From Fibrobacteria bacterium (lineage in GTDB: Bacteria; Fibrobacterota; Fibrobacteria; UBA11236; JADFYW01): a stretch of 64,000 bases of DNA. Location of the stretch: assembly GCA_050294405.1 (NCBI GenBank), contig JBNKOC010000016.1, positions 32,001 through 96,000 on the forward strand, written 5' to 3'. The notes under the pieces were generated by a model. The model was not told where the DNA came from. It ran no database searches and saw only the letters and a list, made by a program, of their open reading frames with translations. Shown here in pieces: positions 46,269 to 58,628 of this stretch (the first letter of the stretch is position 1; each line of letters opens with the position of its first letter). Position numbers and translations under genes: made by a program.

Positions 46269-48230
46269 GTGCAAAAAGTTTATCCATTTAAATACCCCTG
46301 TGAGGGGGAAGCAATTCTTTGGAAAGAAATGCTGGATTCTCTCCCTGTTTTGATTATGTGGATTGATTCCAGTAAAAAATTGAAATGGGCCAATAGGAGC
46401 GCATTGGAATTCATTCAAAAAAATATGGAAGAAATTCTTGACCGTTCTCCAGGGGCTGCGATTTCGTGTTCCCATCAAAACGATTCGGAAGAAAAATGCG
46501 GCCACGGAGCTCACTGTTTAAATTGCAGCTTGAGGCATGTGTTGGACGATACGATAAATGGGAAAAAAAATCAAAAAAAAGTCAAAGTTGAGTTGGAATT
46601 AAATGGAAAAATAAAACGTCAAATGGCCGGGCTGCTCAGTACTCGACTTATTTCTAATTCTAATGGGGAATTGACCCAACTATGTTTTGAAGATGTATCG
46701 CTTCTTGAATTTGCCCAAGACCAGATGAAGGAGGAAAGATACAAGTTTTTTAAAAGTATTCAGGGATTTCCAATTCCTCTCGCGGTCTTGGATAAGAATC
46801 TCAATCTGGAGAATGCAAATAATAGTTTTGAAATATTTTTTCAATCCAAATTTCAGGAACTCATTGGAAAATCCTTTATTAACGTTATAAATCCAGCGGA
46901 ACCGGAGATATTAAATGAAAAGCTTGGCCTTTTCAAAACGAATGGGCAAAAGCAATTAAACTTGCTGGAGCAAATAATATTAGACACCAAAAAAAGTTTA
47001 TGGGTAATCATTAATATCTTAAAATTGGGAGGTTTAGATGGAAATTCGAAATCCTATTTGCTCTTACTAAATGACATATCTTGTACAGGGAGAATGCTTG
47101 AGGACTCCCGAAAATTGAGGAACCAAATTCGCCAGGCCCAAAAGGTAGAGATCATAGGATTATTAACAGAAGGTATTGCTCACGACTTCAATAATATTTT
47201 GGGTGGGATTATGGGGTACTCGGAAATTTTGTTGGAAAATAATTCAATGGATGATAAATCTAAAATAAAGCTAGATCGAATCATTGAATGCACTGAACGG
47301 GGGCGCGATTTAACAACCCAATTGTTAAATTATACCAGGAAATCCGATTCGGAGAAAAGACCACTAGATATACATAAATTGCTTAAAGATGTTTTTTCCA
47401 TTGTACGAAGGACCTTTAACAAAGGTATCGATGTTTCCCTGGATCTTAAGGCTATAAATGTCAATATAATGGGGGATGCGGGTCAATTAAAAGGAGCATT
47501 TTTAAACTTGTGTATTTACGCTAGAGATAGCATGAATAATTCAGGTTCTTTAATTATTCGATCGGCAAATGAGGAACTCAATGGCGTGCTTGCAATTAGT
47601 TTTTGCAGCACAGACTATGGATTTGAATCAGCAGTACGACCCAAAATTTTTGAATTGTTTTACGGGAAATTGGACTTAGGAAAAAATATCTCGTTTGGAC
47701 TTTCAAGCGTATGGACCTGTGTCAATGAACATGGAGGAACTATTGAGTTAGAAAGCAATTCTAAAACGGGAGTTATCCCTATCCTAAAATTTCCGTGTAT
47801 TCCTGCTGCTCCAAAGAAATTATCAAAGACTACTAGTCCTATATCACTGGCAGGCGGAAAGGTTATGGTTGTTGAGGATGACAAAGCAATTTTGGAAAAT
47901 TTGCAATTATATCTAACTAATTTAAAATATTCTCCAATTGGGTTTAAGGATCCCCGAGAAGGCATCGATTATTACTCAAAAAATTGGCCTTTCATCAGTT
48001 TTATACTAATTGATATAAACATGCCCCATATCAGTGGAATAAATTGCTTGAAAGAATTAAAAAATATAAATCCAGATTGTTTGTCCATTTTGATGACAGG
48101 AAACATTTATGATGAAAAAATCCAAAATATTGAGAGTCTAGGTATTACTCAATTGTTGCAAAAGCCATTTCGATTTGGGCATTTGGCACAAGTAATTGAA
48201 AACTTGGAAAAAAATGGAATCAAAAAATAA
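46269..48230 (+). CDS. PAS-PAS hybrid sensor kinase/receiver with degenerate ATPase domain
   Basis: GIAHDFNNILGGI H-box; C-terminal receiver VVEDD..LIDINMP..QKPF; N, G1 and G2 boxes altered. Confidence 0.85.
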   Translation: MQKVYPFKYPCEGEAILWKEMLDSLPVLIMWIDSSKKLKWANRSALEFIQKNMEEILDRSPGAAISCSHQNDSEEKCGHGAHCLNCSLRHVLDDTINGKKNQKKVKVELELNGKIKRQMAGLLSTRLISNSNGELTQLCFEDVSLLEFAQDQMKEERYKFFKSIQGFPIPLAVLDKNLNLENANNSFEIFFQSKFQELIGKSFINVINPAEPEILNEKLGLFKTNGQKQLNLLEQIILDTKKSLWVIINILKLGGLDGNSKSYLLLLNDISCTGRMLEDSRKLRNQIRQAQKVEIIGLLTEGIAHDFNNILGGIMGYSEILLENNSMDDKSKIKLDRIIECTERGRDLTTQLLNYTRKSDSEKRPLDIHKLLKDVFSIVRRTFNKGIDVSLDLKAINVNIMGDAGQLKGAFLNLCIYARDSMNNSGSLIIRSANEELNGVLAISFCSTDYGFESAVRPKIFELFYGKLDLGKNISFGLSSVWTCVNEHGGTIELESNSKTGVIPILKFPCIPAAPKKLSKTTSPISLAGGKVMVVEDDKAILENLQLYLTNLKYSPIGFKDPREGIDYYSKNWPFISFILIDINMPHISGINCLKELKNINPDCLSILMTGNIYDEKIQNIESLGITQLLQKPFRFGHLAQVIENLEKNGIKK

Positions 48231-49584
48231 AAAAAGAAAGGCTTCAGTTTTAATTGCGGACGATGATCGAGACATCCGAGAGTTTGTCACGGAAACTCTT
48301 GAATTAGAAGGGTACGATGTTACATCATTTGACCCGGAAAGTTCAAATTTTAAAGATTTAAACAAACACTTTGATGTGGCCATTTTGGATATATTTATGG
48401 GGCAATATGACGGGTTTTCCATACGGAAAAAAGTACTTGATCACTCGCCATTTGCTCAAATTATTATGATAACCGGCCAACCGGACAGTGAGATGTTAGA
48501 TAAATCTTGTGAGGCTGGGGTTTTCACTTTTCTTCCTAAGCCTTTTAAATCAGTTCATATTAAGTATGCTGTTATGGGGGCCTTAAAACTCAGGGATGCC
48601 AGTAGCTTAAATGCCTATTACAAAACGAGTGAGGCAGCCAGACAAAGAGGGATGATAGGAGAGTCTGATTACATTAAAGGACTGTACAAACAAATAGCCA
48701 AATTTGGCCCAACAGAATTACCGATTCTTATAAGAGGGGAATCGGGAACAGGAAAAGATGTAGTAGCCCAGTTGATTCATGAGTTTAGCAAAAGGAAAGA
48801 CAAACCGTTGATCGCAGTAAATTGTGCTGCTTTAACAGCAAGTTTGGCTGAATCCGAATTGTTTGGACATACTAAAGGAGCCTTTACCGGAGCTATTAAA
48901 AACAAACATGGATTTTTTGAGGTGGCTAACGATGGAACCCTGTTTTTAGATGAAGTCGCCGAATTACCCTTGGACGCCCAAGCAAAATTATTGAGAGTTT
49001 TGGATAAAGGGGAATTTCAGCGAGTTGGAGAAACTCAAACCCACAGGGTAAATGTTCGCATAATCTCGGCAACTAACCAAAATCTTGAGGAATATGTTAA
49101 GGATGGAAGGTTTAGGGAAGACCTGTATTTTAGATTAAAGGGACTGCAGGTTTTTTTGATTCCTTTGCGCGACCGAAAAATGGACATCATTCATTTGATT
49201 CAATATTTTCTTTCCCAATCTGGATCCAGCATGGTAAATACTGCTATAGAGAAATTATGCCAGTATCACTGGCCGGGAAATATACGTGAATTAAAAATGG
49301 TGTTGGATAGCTTGGTTGGCCTGAATCCTAATGGAGTGATTCATTTGGAGGATGTAATGCAAGTTTTACCAAGTTTCAAAAAAAATAATGATATGAATTC
49401 TCCAGGGCGAACATATCAGGAGTTTAAAAATGAAGTTCTAAAGCCTCATGAGACTCAATATTTTTCGGATTTGTTGGAACAGTATTCCGGGAATATTTCC
49501 AAAGTGGCTAGGGAAGCGGGAATTCAAAGAAAACACCTCTATGATAAGTTGAAACTCCTGAACATTTCCCCTAATAGAAATTAG
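48214..49584 (+). CDS. NtrC-family sigma54-dependent response regulator
   Basis: Receiver IADDD..LDI; GESGTGKD, ESELFGHTKGAFTGA, FLDEV, FREDLYFRL and WPGNIREL; Fis-type HTH. Start ATG 48214. Confidence 0.95.
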   Translation: MESKNKKRKASVLIADDDRDIREFVTETLELEGYDVTSFDPESSNFKDLNKHFDVAILDIFMGQYDGFSIRKKVLDHSPFAQIIMITGQPDSEMLDKSCEAGVFTFLPKPFKSVHIKYAVMGALKLRDASSLNAYYKTSEAARQRGMIGESDYIKGLYKQIAKFGPTELPILIRGESGTGKDVVAQLIHEFSKRKDKPLIAVNCAALTASLAESELFGHTKGAFTGAIKNKHGFFEVANDGTLFLDEVAELPLDAQAKLLRVLDKGEFQRVGETQTHRVNVRIISATNQNLEEYVKDGRFREDLYFRLKGLQVFLIPLRDRKMDIIHLIQYFLSQSGSSMVNTAIEKLCQYHWPGNIRELKMVLDSLVGLNPNGVIHLEDVMQVLPSFKKNNDMNSPGRTYQEFKNEVLKPHETQYFSDLLEQYSGNISKVAREAGIQRKHLYDKLKLLNISPNRN

Positions 49585-49593
49585 TTTCCCTAC

Positions 49594-49690
49594 TGTATCA
49601 AATTATACACAATTTCGGCTAGCCACATAAGTTCCAGAAAAATAGAACTTTATAAAAAAGCAACGATAAAGTTGTATTGTTTTTAATACA
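49594..49690. promoter_or_regulatory. Putative enhancer (UAS) palindromes for the sigma54 activator
   Basis: TGTATCAAATTATACA (49594-49609, TGT-N10-ACA) and TGTATT-N6-AATACA (49673-49690). Confidence 0.5.
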
Positions 49691-49760
49691 TATAATTTTG
49701 TTTCACTTGAAAAATTATTTTCGTATCTGCAAATATGGCTTTTAATACACAGTTTTGTGT

Positions 49761-49776
49761 TGGCATATTGTTTGCA
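49761..49776 (+). promoter_or_regulatory. sigma54 -24/-12 promoter of the che operon
   Basis: TGGCATATTGTTTGCA matches TGGCAY-N5-TTGCW. Confidence 0.85.
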
Positions 49777-49801
49777 CATTAGGGTTGATGTGGAAAAGAA
49801 T

Positions 49802-50209
49802 ATGTCAAATTTAGCATTAATAATAGAACCCTGCGCTGCCTTTAAAAAGTATTTCAAAAAAATATTTGAGGATGAGCTCACTATTCAATTTTTTGAAAGT
49901 ATTTCTCAGGTTGAAAATCATGATATAAAAAGAGAACCAGATGTTATTTTACTTGATGTAGATTATAGACGATTGGATGTGTATTCATCTATTAAGGCTA
50001 TCAAGTCCCATTTTAGACATGATATCCCGCTAATCATTTTAGTGGATGTCAATAGCATTGACATTGAAAGGGAAGTCAGAGAAACAGGAGTGTTTAGTTA
50101 TCTGACAAAACCGGTAAATTTCTGTGAATTAGAGCAAATAGTATTTGCAGCCCTTCAATATAGTTTGCGGAGAAAAATTTCTATTCAGAATCAGGCTAAA
50201 AATTTTTAA
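49802..50209 (+). CDS. Single-domain atypical response regulator
   Basis: PDVILLDVD and YLTKPV; acidic pair is EP, and the conserved Thr/Ser is absent. Start moved to ATG 49802, downstream of the sigma54 promoter. Confidence 0.75.
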   Translation: MSNLALIIEPCAAFKKYFKKIFEDELTIQFFESISQVENHDIKREPDVILLDVDYRRLDVYSSIKAIKSHFRHDIPLIILVDVNSIDIEREVRETGVFSYLTKPVNFCELEQIVFAALQYSLRRKISIQNQAKNF

Positions 50210-50210
50210 C

Positions 50211-52637
50211 ATGAAAAACTATTCGAAATTAAAAGAGTTGATTGAAGAATTTGGCCAGTGGATTGTTTTGGCGGATTCAAAAAACCAGGATTTTTATAAC
50301 GTCTTTCAGGTTAAATTAAAGGATTTGATTGATAACATTCCTGTTGAATACAAATCAGAATATGTTGAGTTTTTAAAAAATGATTTCTTTTCAAAAGAAA
50401 TGTTTAGCTCTTCTAATTGGCCAAATACATTGGGAAAACTTGGAGATCTTTTGGACCAAATATTGGAAGGCGTTTCAAAATCAAAAAATATTGGCAGCAA
50501 ATGTGATTTTCCTAGTGCAGTTGATAGGGATATATATGAACAGTTTCTCCTTAAGTTAGACTCTACGCAAGAAGAAATAGAAAGGCTCATCTTAAATTTT
50601 GAAAAGCAAAAGAACATTAAAGATATTGAGATCCTTAAAGGAATCATTCATACTTTAAAGGGTGAAGCTGGCGTTGTTGGCATCTATGATTTGGAAAAAC
50701 TGTGCCATATTATTGAAGATCATTTGGAAAGTGGAAAAATTTCTCCTGATTTTTTATTCCTTGCAAAAGATTGGGTGGGCAAAAAAAGGGAAGTATTAAG
50801 GGGCGAAAAAATACCCTTGCTAAGTATTGAGGAAATTGAAGATTTGTGCCAGGCCGCTAAGGGTAATGTCCATGATGCAAAAGTCATTGATACGGAGACA
50901 TTGGATTTACATGTCTGTGGGGATTTGAGTTTAATCCAAGATTTCATCGAAGAATCCAGAGAGCATATACAGAACTCGGAAAATAATCTTTTAAAATTAG
51001 AAAGAGATTATAACAGAAAAGATGCAGTACATGCGATATTTCGGAGTTACCATACCATAAAGGGTATTTCAAGTTTTCTAAACTTAAACCCAATTACACA
51101 ACTTAGTCACGCTATTGAGAGCTTGCTTGCTAAATATAGAGAGGAGGAGCCTTTATGTGAAGAAGTTATCAATTTGTTGTTTGAGGGAAATGACAAGTTC
51201 TTAGCTGAACTGCATTCCCTGGAATTAGCTTTAGCCGGAAATAAGAGATATACATGTAGAAAGGATTTGGGAAAATATGTTTCCCGGCTTTCCGAGCTTC
51301 ATATTAAAAGGCTACCCCAGGATGCAATAGCTGTTCAAGTTCCAGATGTTCAGAAAGCACGGTCTGAAAATGAGACTTACAAGAACCTATCTCCGAAGGA
51401 GATGGATTCAATAAACCTCAAAGAGGTAATTAAAGTGGATGTTAACAAAATAGACAATCTTATTGAAATAATAGGAGAGCTTGTTATAGCCGAATCCATG
51501 GTTTTTGGGGAACTACATATGAATTCGACAGCAACCCTTGAATTACAAAAGAATTTGGGACAACTAAACAAAATTACTAAAAGTTTGCAAGAAATTGGAA
51601 TGTCCATGCGATTGGTATCCATTCGAAGCACTTTTCAAAAAATGGAAAGGGTTGTAAGGGATATTAGTAAAAAAAATCACAAGGAAATACTATTAATCAC
51701 ATCTGGAAGTGAAATTGAATTAGATAAAAATATTATTGAACACTTGGGGGATCCTCTGATTCATATGGTCCGTAATTCGGCAGATCATGGCATAGAGGAG
51801 CCGGAAGTGAGGACGGCATTAGGCAAACCACCAGAAGGAAAAATTTTCTTAAGAGCTTTTCAAGAAGGTGGTAATATTATAATTGAAGTCGAAGATGATG
51901 GCGCTGGACTCGATCTGTCCGCAATTACAAAAAAGGCCATCCAACAAAAATTAATTCCAAAAGATCATAAATATACAGCTGCTGAAATCAGCCAATTGAT
52001 TTTTTCGCCTGGATTCAGTACAGCGGAAAAAATAACCAACATATCGGGTCGAGGTGTTGGTATGGATGTTGTTAAGAAAAACATCGAATTGATTCGAGGT
52101 AAAATAGATGTGTATAGTGAGCCTGGCAGAGGTAGCAAATTTACCCTAAAACTTCCATTAACATTGGCTATCATGGATGGCCTTGTTGTAGAAACGGGAG
52201 GGGAGCGTTTTATAATCCCCACATTATCTGTGATAGAATCATTTAAATTGAGTAATGCAAATATCAGCAGCTTGCCAAATGGTTCTAAAATGCTGGAGTA
52301 CAGAAATAAAGTGATTCCTGTTTTTCCACTGGGGCACCTTTTGGATGTGGATGCAAGTAGAGAATTAGACGATTCGATTGTCGTCGTTGTGGAGGATACC
52401 AAGAGGCAAATAGGTTTGGTTGTGGAAAATCTGATTGGCCAACAACAAACGGTAATTAAAAATCTCGGAAACAGTTTTGGCAAAATACCAGGGTTGGCAG
52501 GAGCAGCAATAATGGCCGATGGAAGTATGATGTTAATAATTGATATTCCCGGACTAGTTGGAAGTGTAGATGAATCTGTAAGATATAATTCCGCCTGTTC
52601 CATTAACTTAGGAGGAGCCGATGGCAGAGGTTGTTAA
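50211..52637 (+). CDS. cheA: Chemotaxis histidine kinase CheA with two Hpt domains
   Basis: HTLKG and HTIKG; HMVRNSADHGIE, DDGAGL, SGRGVGMDVV and LPLTLAI; CheW-like tail. Start ATG 50211. Confidence 0.95.
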   Translation: MKNYSKLKELIEEFGQWIVLADSKNQDFYNVFQVKLKDLIDNIPVEYKSEYVEFLKNDFFSKEMFSSSNWPNTLGKLGDLLDQILEGVSKSKNIGSKCDFPSAVDRDIYEQFLLKLDSTQEEIERLILNFEKQKNIKDIEILKGIIHTLKGEAGVVGIYDLEKLCHIIEDHLESGKISPDFLFLAKDWVGKKREVLRGEKIPLLSIEEIEDLCQAAKGNVHDAKVIDTETLDLHVCGDLSLIQDFIEESREHIQNSENNLLKLERDYNRKDAVHAIFRSYHTIKGISSFLNLNPITQLSHAIESLLAKYREEEPLCEEVINLLFEGNDKFLAELHSLELALAGNKRYTCRKDLGKYVSRLSELHIKRLPQDAIAVQVPDVQKARSENETYKNLSPKEMDSINLKEVIKVDVNKIDNLIEIIGELVIAESMVFGELHMNSTATLELQKNLGQLNKITKSLQEIGMSMRLVSIRSTFQKMERVVRDISKKNHKEILLITSGSEIELDKNIIEHLGDPLIHMVRNSADHGIEEPEVRTALGKPPEGKIFLRAFQEGGNIIIEVEDDGAGLDLSAITKKAIQQKLIPKDHKYTAAEISQLIFSPGFSTAEKITNISGRGVGMDVVKKNIELIRGKIDVYSEPGRGSKFTLKLPLTLAIMDGLVVETGGERFIIPTLSVIESFKLSNANISSLPNGSKMLEYRNKVIPVFPLGHLLDVDASRELDDSIVVVVEDTKRQIGLVVENLIGQQQTVIKNLGNSFGKIPGLAGAAIMADGSMMLIIDIPGLVGSVDESVRYNSACSINLGGADGRGC

Positions 52638-53154
52638 TAACAAAGTGGACGATAAAATCGGGGGGGAAAGTAAAGTTTTAAGTGGAAAATTCCTTACCTT
52701 TATTCTCGGAAATGAAAATTATGCCTTCCCGATTTTAAAGGTACAGGAAATTATTGGACAAATGAGTATTACAAGAGTCCCTAAAACCCCCTCGTTTATG
52801 CGCGGCATTATAAACTTGAGGGGGAAAGTGGTTCCTGTTATTGATTTGCGTGCGCGGTTTAATCTGGATAAAACGCTGGGTAACGAAAAAAACTGCATTA
52901 TTGTGGTTCAAATTAACTTGCCTCAAAATAGTTTGGTTACCGGGATATTGGTGGATGAAGTATCTGAAGTTGTAGATATTAACTCATCTCAAATTGAGGC
53001 TACACCAAATTTTGGAAGCAAAATAAATACGGATTTTATTTCAGGTATTGGAAAACTTGAAAAAAAAATGGTGGTTGTTTTAGATGTTGAAGAAATATTG
53101 AACTTCAATGAAACTAAAGTTTTGCAGGGTTCTATTGAAGGTATGTCAAATTAA
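52621..53154 (+). CDS. cheW: CheW
   Basis: FLTF, GIINLRGKVVPVIDLR and GILVDEVSEV. Confidence 0.95.
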   Translation: MAEVVNNKVDDKIGGESKVLSGKFLTFILGNENYAFPILKVQEIIGQMSITRVPKTPSFMRGIINLRGKVVPVIDLRARFNLDKTLGNEKNCIIVVQINLPQNSLVTGILVDEVSEVVDINSSQIEATPNFGSKINTDFISGIGKLEKKMVVVLDVEEILNFNETKVLQGSIEGMSN

Positions 53155-53177
53155 AGTGATTTAAAAAGGAGCATAAC

Positions 53178-55247
53178 ATGTTTAAGAACTTAAAATTGCG
53201 GACCAAATTAATGGGGACCTATTTGTTTGTAGGATTAGTACCCCTAATAGTTATAGGAGGATTGAGTTATTTGAATTCATCAAAGGCCTTGGAAGAAAAA
53301 GCATTTGACCAATTAGATGCTATCCAACACGTAAAGAAAAGAGAAGTTGAGCAATATTTTAAAAATCGTATGGAATTTCTAAAAGATGTTCCTAAAAGTT
53401 TAAGGTATTTAAATGGGTTAAAGAAATTTTCGACGGTCTTTTCAAAAGGTATTGAAAGTCAGGATTATTTGAAAGTTTATAATTCCCAATATCCAGGTTT
53501 TAAGAGTGTTTTAGATGTATTTTCCTTTTACGATATATTTTTAATTGATCTCAAAGGGAACGTCATATTCACAGTGGCCCGCGAAGCCGATTTGGGACAA
53601 AACCTGTACACTAGCAGCCTTGCTCAAAGTGGATTGGGAAAGGCCTTTAAACAAGGATTGAGCGGAAATGTATTTGTGGACTATGAATGGTACGGTCCTT
53701 CGGATGAGCCCGCAAGTTTTATTGCTTGTCCGCTGCAAGATGAAAATGGAAGCGTGGTCGGGGTAGCGGCCTTTCAAATAGCCCTAAATGATATCGATGC
53801 TATTATGTCCGAAAGAACGGGAATGGGGAAAACAGGGGAATCCTATTTGGTAGGTTCTGATTTTTTAATGCGCTCAAACTCATATTTGGATCCAGAAAAT
53901 CGCAGCGTCAAGGCTTCCTTTAAAAACCCAAGCAAAGGAAGCGTCAAGACCGTTGCCTCTAAAAATGCCATCAACAAAATTGCAGGGGAAGAAATTATTC
54001 TGGACTACAATGGAAATTGGGTTTTGTCAAGCTATGCCCCAATATCCATAGCCAACTATACCTGGGCTATTCTTGTGGAAATTGATGAATGGGAGGCTTT
54101 TGAAGCGGTATCGTCTCTTCAATGGATAATTGGAATTTGCGGATTAGTTGGTCTAGTATGTATTGTTGTTATATCTTTGTTAATTACTCGATCCATTACA
54201 CTGCCCCTAAACAAGGTGATAGAAGGGTTATCACTTGGATCGGAACAAGTAACATCAGCTTCTGATCAAGTATCTGCATCTAGCCAGCAAATGGCTGAAG
54301 GGGCAAATGAACAAGCTTCAAGTTTGGAAGAAACTTCTTCTTCCCTGGAAGAAATGTCTTCTATGACCAAGCAAAATTCTGAAAATGCCAATGAAGCCAG
54401 CAAGATATCAAAACAAACTGAAAATTCTGCTCAAAGCACTAAAGAAGCCATGGAGAGCATGTCGGGTGCCATTGAGAAAATAAAACATTCCTCCAATGAA
54501 ACGGCTAAAATCATTAAAACAATTGATGAAATCGCATTTCAAACAAACCTATTAGCTTTGAATGCGGCTGTGGAAGCAGCAAGGGCCGGCGAGGCTGGAA
54601 AAGGTTTTGCAGTCGTGGCAGAAGAGGTCAGAAATTTAGCCCAACGCTCTGCAGAAGCCGCAAAAAATACCTCAAGTTTAATTGAGGAAGCTCAAAAAAA
54701 TGCAGACCATGGTGTTCGTTCTTCGGAAGAAGTCGGAAAAAGTTTAAAAGAAATATTAGAACAGATTCAAAAAGTTTCTCAGCTAAATTATGAAGTCGCA
54801 GCTTCGAGTGAAGAGCAAGCGCAAGGAATTGAACAAATAAATAATGCAGTGGCGCAAATGGATAGAGTTACTCAGAGCAATGCCTCCAATGCGGAAGAAA
54901 GCGCCTCGGCTTCGGAAGAACTATCAGCTCAAGCCAAAGAACTCAATGATATGGTGAAAGCTTTGAAAACAATAGTTGGAGGAAATCTGGCTGATGGATA
55001 TGACAGTAGGCAGGAAACAAATAGAAATGGTAGTGCAAAAATCAAAGCTCGTGCTAAAAAAAACTTACTTCATGCATTAAGACCTAATCATTTATTGCAC
55101 CTTCAAGACTCTTTAAATAGTCCCGATGAAAACGGAGCGATTTTGAAGAAAGGTGGAAGTGAGGTCAAAGTAAGCAAAAAAAGAAACCCCAATCTTAAAC
55201 CAGAAGAATTTTTTCCACTTGACGATAGCAACTTAAAAGAATTTTAA
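53178..55247 (+). CDS. Methyl-accepting chemotaxis protein with dCache-like periplasmic domain
   Basis: Two TM helices; [38 protein letters not shown]-terminal [12 protein letters not shown] resembles a CheR-tether pentapeptide. Confidence 0.95.
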   Translation: MFKNLKLRTKLMGTYLFVGLVPLIVIGGLSYLNSSKALEEKAFDQLDAIQHVKKREVEQYFKNRMEFLKDVPKSLRYLNGLKKFSTVFSKGIESQDYLKVYNSQYPGFKSVLDVFSFYDIFLIDLKGNVIFTVAREADLGQNLYTSSLAQSGLGKAFKQGLSGNVFVDYEWYGPSDEPASFIACPLQDENGSVVGVAAFQIALNDIDAIMSERTGMGKTGESYLVGSDFLMRSNSYLDPENRSVKASFKNPSKGSVKTVASKNAINKIAGEEIILDYNGNWVLSSYAPISIANYTWAILVEIDEWEAFEAVSSLQWIIGICGLVGLVCIVVISLLITRSITLPLNKVIEGLSLGSEQVTSASDQVSASSQQMAEGANEQASSLEETSSSLEEMSSMTKQNSENANEASKISKQTENSAQSTKEAMESMSGAIEKIKHSSNETAKIIKTIDEIAFQTNLLALNAAVEAARAGEAGKGFAVVAEEVRNLAQRSAEAAKNTSSLIEEAQKNADHGVRSSEEVGKSLKEILEQIQKVSQLNYEVAASSEEQAQGIEQINNAVAQMDRVTQSNASNAEESASASEELSAQAKELNDMVKALKTIVGGNLADGYDSRQETNRNGSAKIKARAKKNLLHALRPNHLLHLQDSLNSPDENGAILKKGGSEVKVSKKRNPNLKPEEFFPLDDSNLKEF

Positions 55248-55284
55248 ATAAAATCAGGGGCTATAAACGCTAATCATACATAAT

Positions 55285-56088
55285 ATGAAAACGGCTACTT
55301 TTAATAAGATCACTCAAATTGTGTATGAAAAAAGCGGAATAAGTTTGGGGCCGCACAAAATGGCTTTGGTTCAGGCTCGAGTCGGAAAAAGACTAAAAGC
55401 CTTATCTCTTTCTGACTTCGAGTCTTATTTGGAATATTTGACCGACAAGGACAATAGTGATGAAATCATTTATTTGCTTAATTCCATGTCAACAAATACA
55501 ACCCATTTCTTTAGGGAACCACAGCATTTTGAAAAATTGGAAGGGTTGTTGAAAGAATGGATTATGCAGGGGCAAAAAGAGTTTAAAATATGGTCAGCAG
55601 CCTGTTCTTCCGGGGAAGAGCCGTATTCCATCAACGCTGTTTGTCACTATCTTCAAAACCAATTTTCTTTTAAGTGGAAGATATTGGCTACTGATATAAG
55701 TACAAAGGTTTTGCTAAAAGCGAAAATAGGACAGTATTCTGTGGATAAATTGAATACAATTCCGAAAAAATATTTTGGGCTCGTATTTTCAAAAAAATTT
55801 CTAAGAGGCAATACATATTTTTCTGTAAAACCCGGATTACAACAAGAGATATATTTTAATAGGTTTAATTTATGTGAATTGCCCTACCCGATGAAGGGTC
55901 CCTTCGATATTATATTTTTCCGAAATGTGATGATTTATTTTGACAACCCAACACGTGCGAAATTACTAAAAGAAATGGCTAGGTTATTAAAACCAGGGGG
56001 TTGTTTGTTTGTCGGGCATGCTGAAAGTTTAACGGGTCAGTTAGTTAAGATGAAAGCAATATTCCCTTCGGTATATATAAAGGAATAA
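55285..56088 (+). CDS. cheR: CheR methyltransferase
   Basis: TNTTHFFRE, WSAACSSGEEPYS, ATDIS, RNVMIYF and GHAESL. Confidence 0.95.
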   Translation: MKTATFNKITQIVYEKSGISLGPHKMALVQARVGKRLKALSLSDFESYLEYLTDKDNSDEIIYLLNSMSTNTTHFFREPQHFEKLEGLLKEWIMQGQKEFKIWSAACSSGEEPYSINAVCHYLQNQFSFKWKILATDISTKVLLKAKIGQYSVDKLNTIPKKYFGLVFSKKFLRGNTYFSVKPGLQQEIYFNRFNLCELPYPMKGPFDIIFFRNVMIYFDNPTRAKLLKEMARLLKPGGCLFVGHAESLTGQLVKMKAIFPSVYIKE

Positions 56089-56090
56089 AC

Positions 56091-56588
56091 ATGGAGTCCA
56101 TTAAAGCTAAACTAAGGGTGATCGGTATTTCGGAATTTTATGTTAGTGAAGATTCGAGCTGTAAATTAATTACTTATTCTTTAGGATCTTGTCTGGGACT
56201 AACTGTTTATGATAGTGCCCTTCGAATTGGTGGGATGATTCATTGTCAATTGCCTCTTTCGTCCGTTGATAAATTAAAATCTGAAAATAAGCCGGCTATG
56301 TTTGTTGATACGGGAGTGCAACTTTTGTTTGAAACCATGTATAAGTTAGGATCGAAAAAAAAAGACTTGGTGGTAAAAGCGGCTGGATGTTCTAACATCA
56401 TGGATGTAAATAACCGCTTTAAAATTGGAGAACGAAACTTTGCGATATTAAGAAAACTGATGTGGAAAAATAATATGTTAATACAAGCACAAGATATAGG
56501 GAGTGACAAAACTAGAACCTTATCGCTTGACATTGGAACTGGAGTTACTTCCGTGAAAATTAATCAAATAGAAATGGTTTTAGAGTAA
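56091..56588 (+). CDS. cheD: CheD deamidase
   Basis: SLGSCLG, GGMIHCQLP and IGERN. Confidence 0.9.
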   Translation: MESIKAKLRVIGISEFYVSEDSSCKLITYSLGSCLGLTVYDSALRIGGMIHCQLPLSSVDKLKSENKPAMFVDTGVQLLFETMYKLGSKKKDLVVKAAGCSNIMDVNNRFKIGERNFAILRKLMWKNNMLIQAQDIGSDKTRTLSLDIGTGVTSVKINQIEMVLE

Positions 56589-56598
56589 GAGGCAATGC

Positions 56599-56976
56599 AT
56601 GGGATACAATATTCTTGTTGTAGATGATTCTCAGATAATTCAGGAAGTCATGAAAAAAACACTGTTTATGACCGGATTGGAAATTGGTCAGGTTTTTACC
56701 GCTAAAAATGGTTTGGAGGCTTTGGAGGTAATTGAACAAGAATGGGTAGATTTGGTTTTTACGGATATTCATATGCCGAAAATGGATGGTGTTGGCTTAA
56801 TGGAAGAATTAAATAGAAAAGGAATGATAAAAGATTTACCAGTGATTGTCGTGTCAACGGAAGGAAATCAAAAGAAGAAAATGACCCTGATTCAATTAGG
56901 CGTTGTTGATTTTATTAGAAAACCTGTAACACCTGAAGCCGTAAAAAATTCAATTGACAAGGCTATCGCCCAGTGA
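56599..56976 (+). CDS. cheY: CheY-like response regulator
   Basis: VVDDS, FTDIHMPKMDG, VSTEG and RKP. Confidence 0.85.
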   Translation: MGYNILVVDDSQIIQEVMKKTLFMTGLEIGQVFTAKNGLEALEVIEQEWVDLVFTDIHMPKMDGVGLMEELNRKGMIKDLPVIVVSTEGNQKKKMTLIQLGVVDFIRKPVTPEAVKNSIDKAIAQ

Positions 56977-56989
56977 GAGGAGGCTGTGT

Positions 56990-58478
<1,489 letters not shown>

Positions 58479-58628
58479 GGAGGAAATATCCGATTACTAA
58501 ACAAAAAACATTAAAAATTATGCAACGAAAAAAAAATCTGACTTTTTATGGGGTTGCTTTTAAACCCATATTCAAAATAAAAAGTATTGGCTAAACCCTT
58601 CCAAAGACCTTATTTTATTTTTCCAGCT

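Noticed and set aside
49621..49636. Minus-strand sigma54-like TGGAACTTATGTGGCT
   Set aside because: Mismatches in both boxes, and it points antisense into ntrC.
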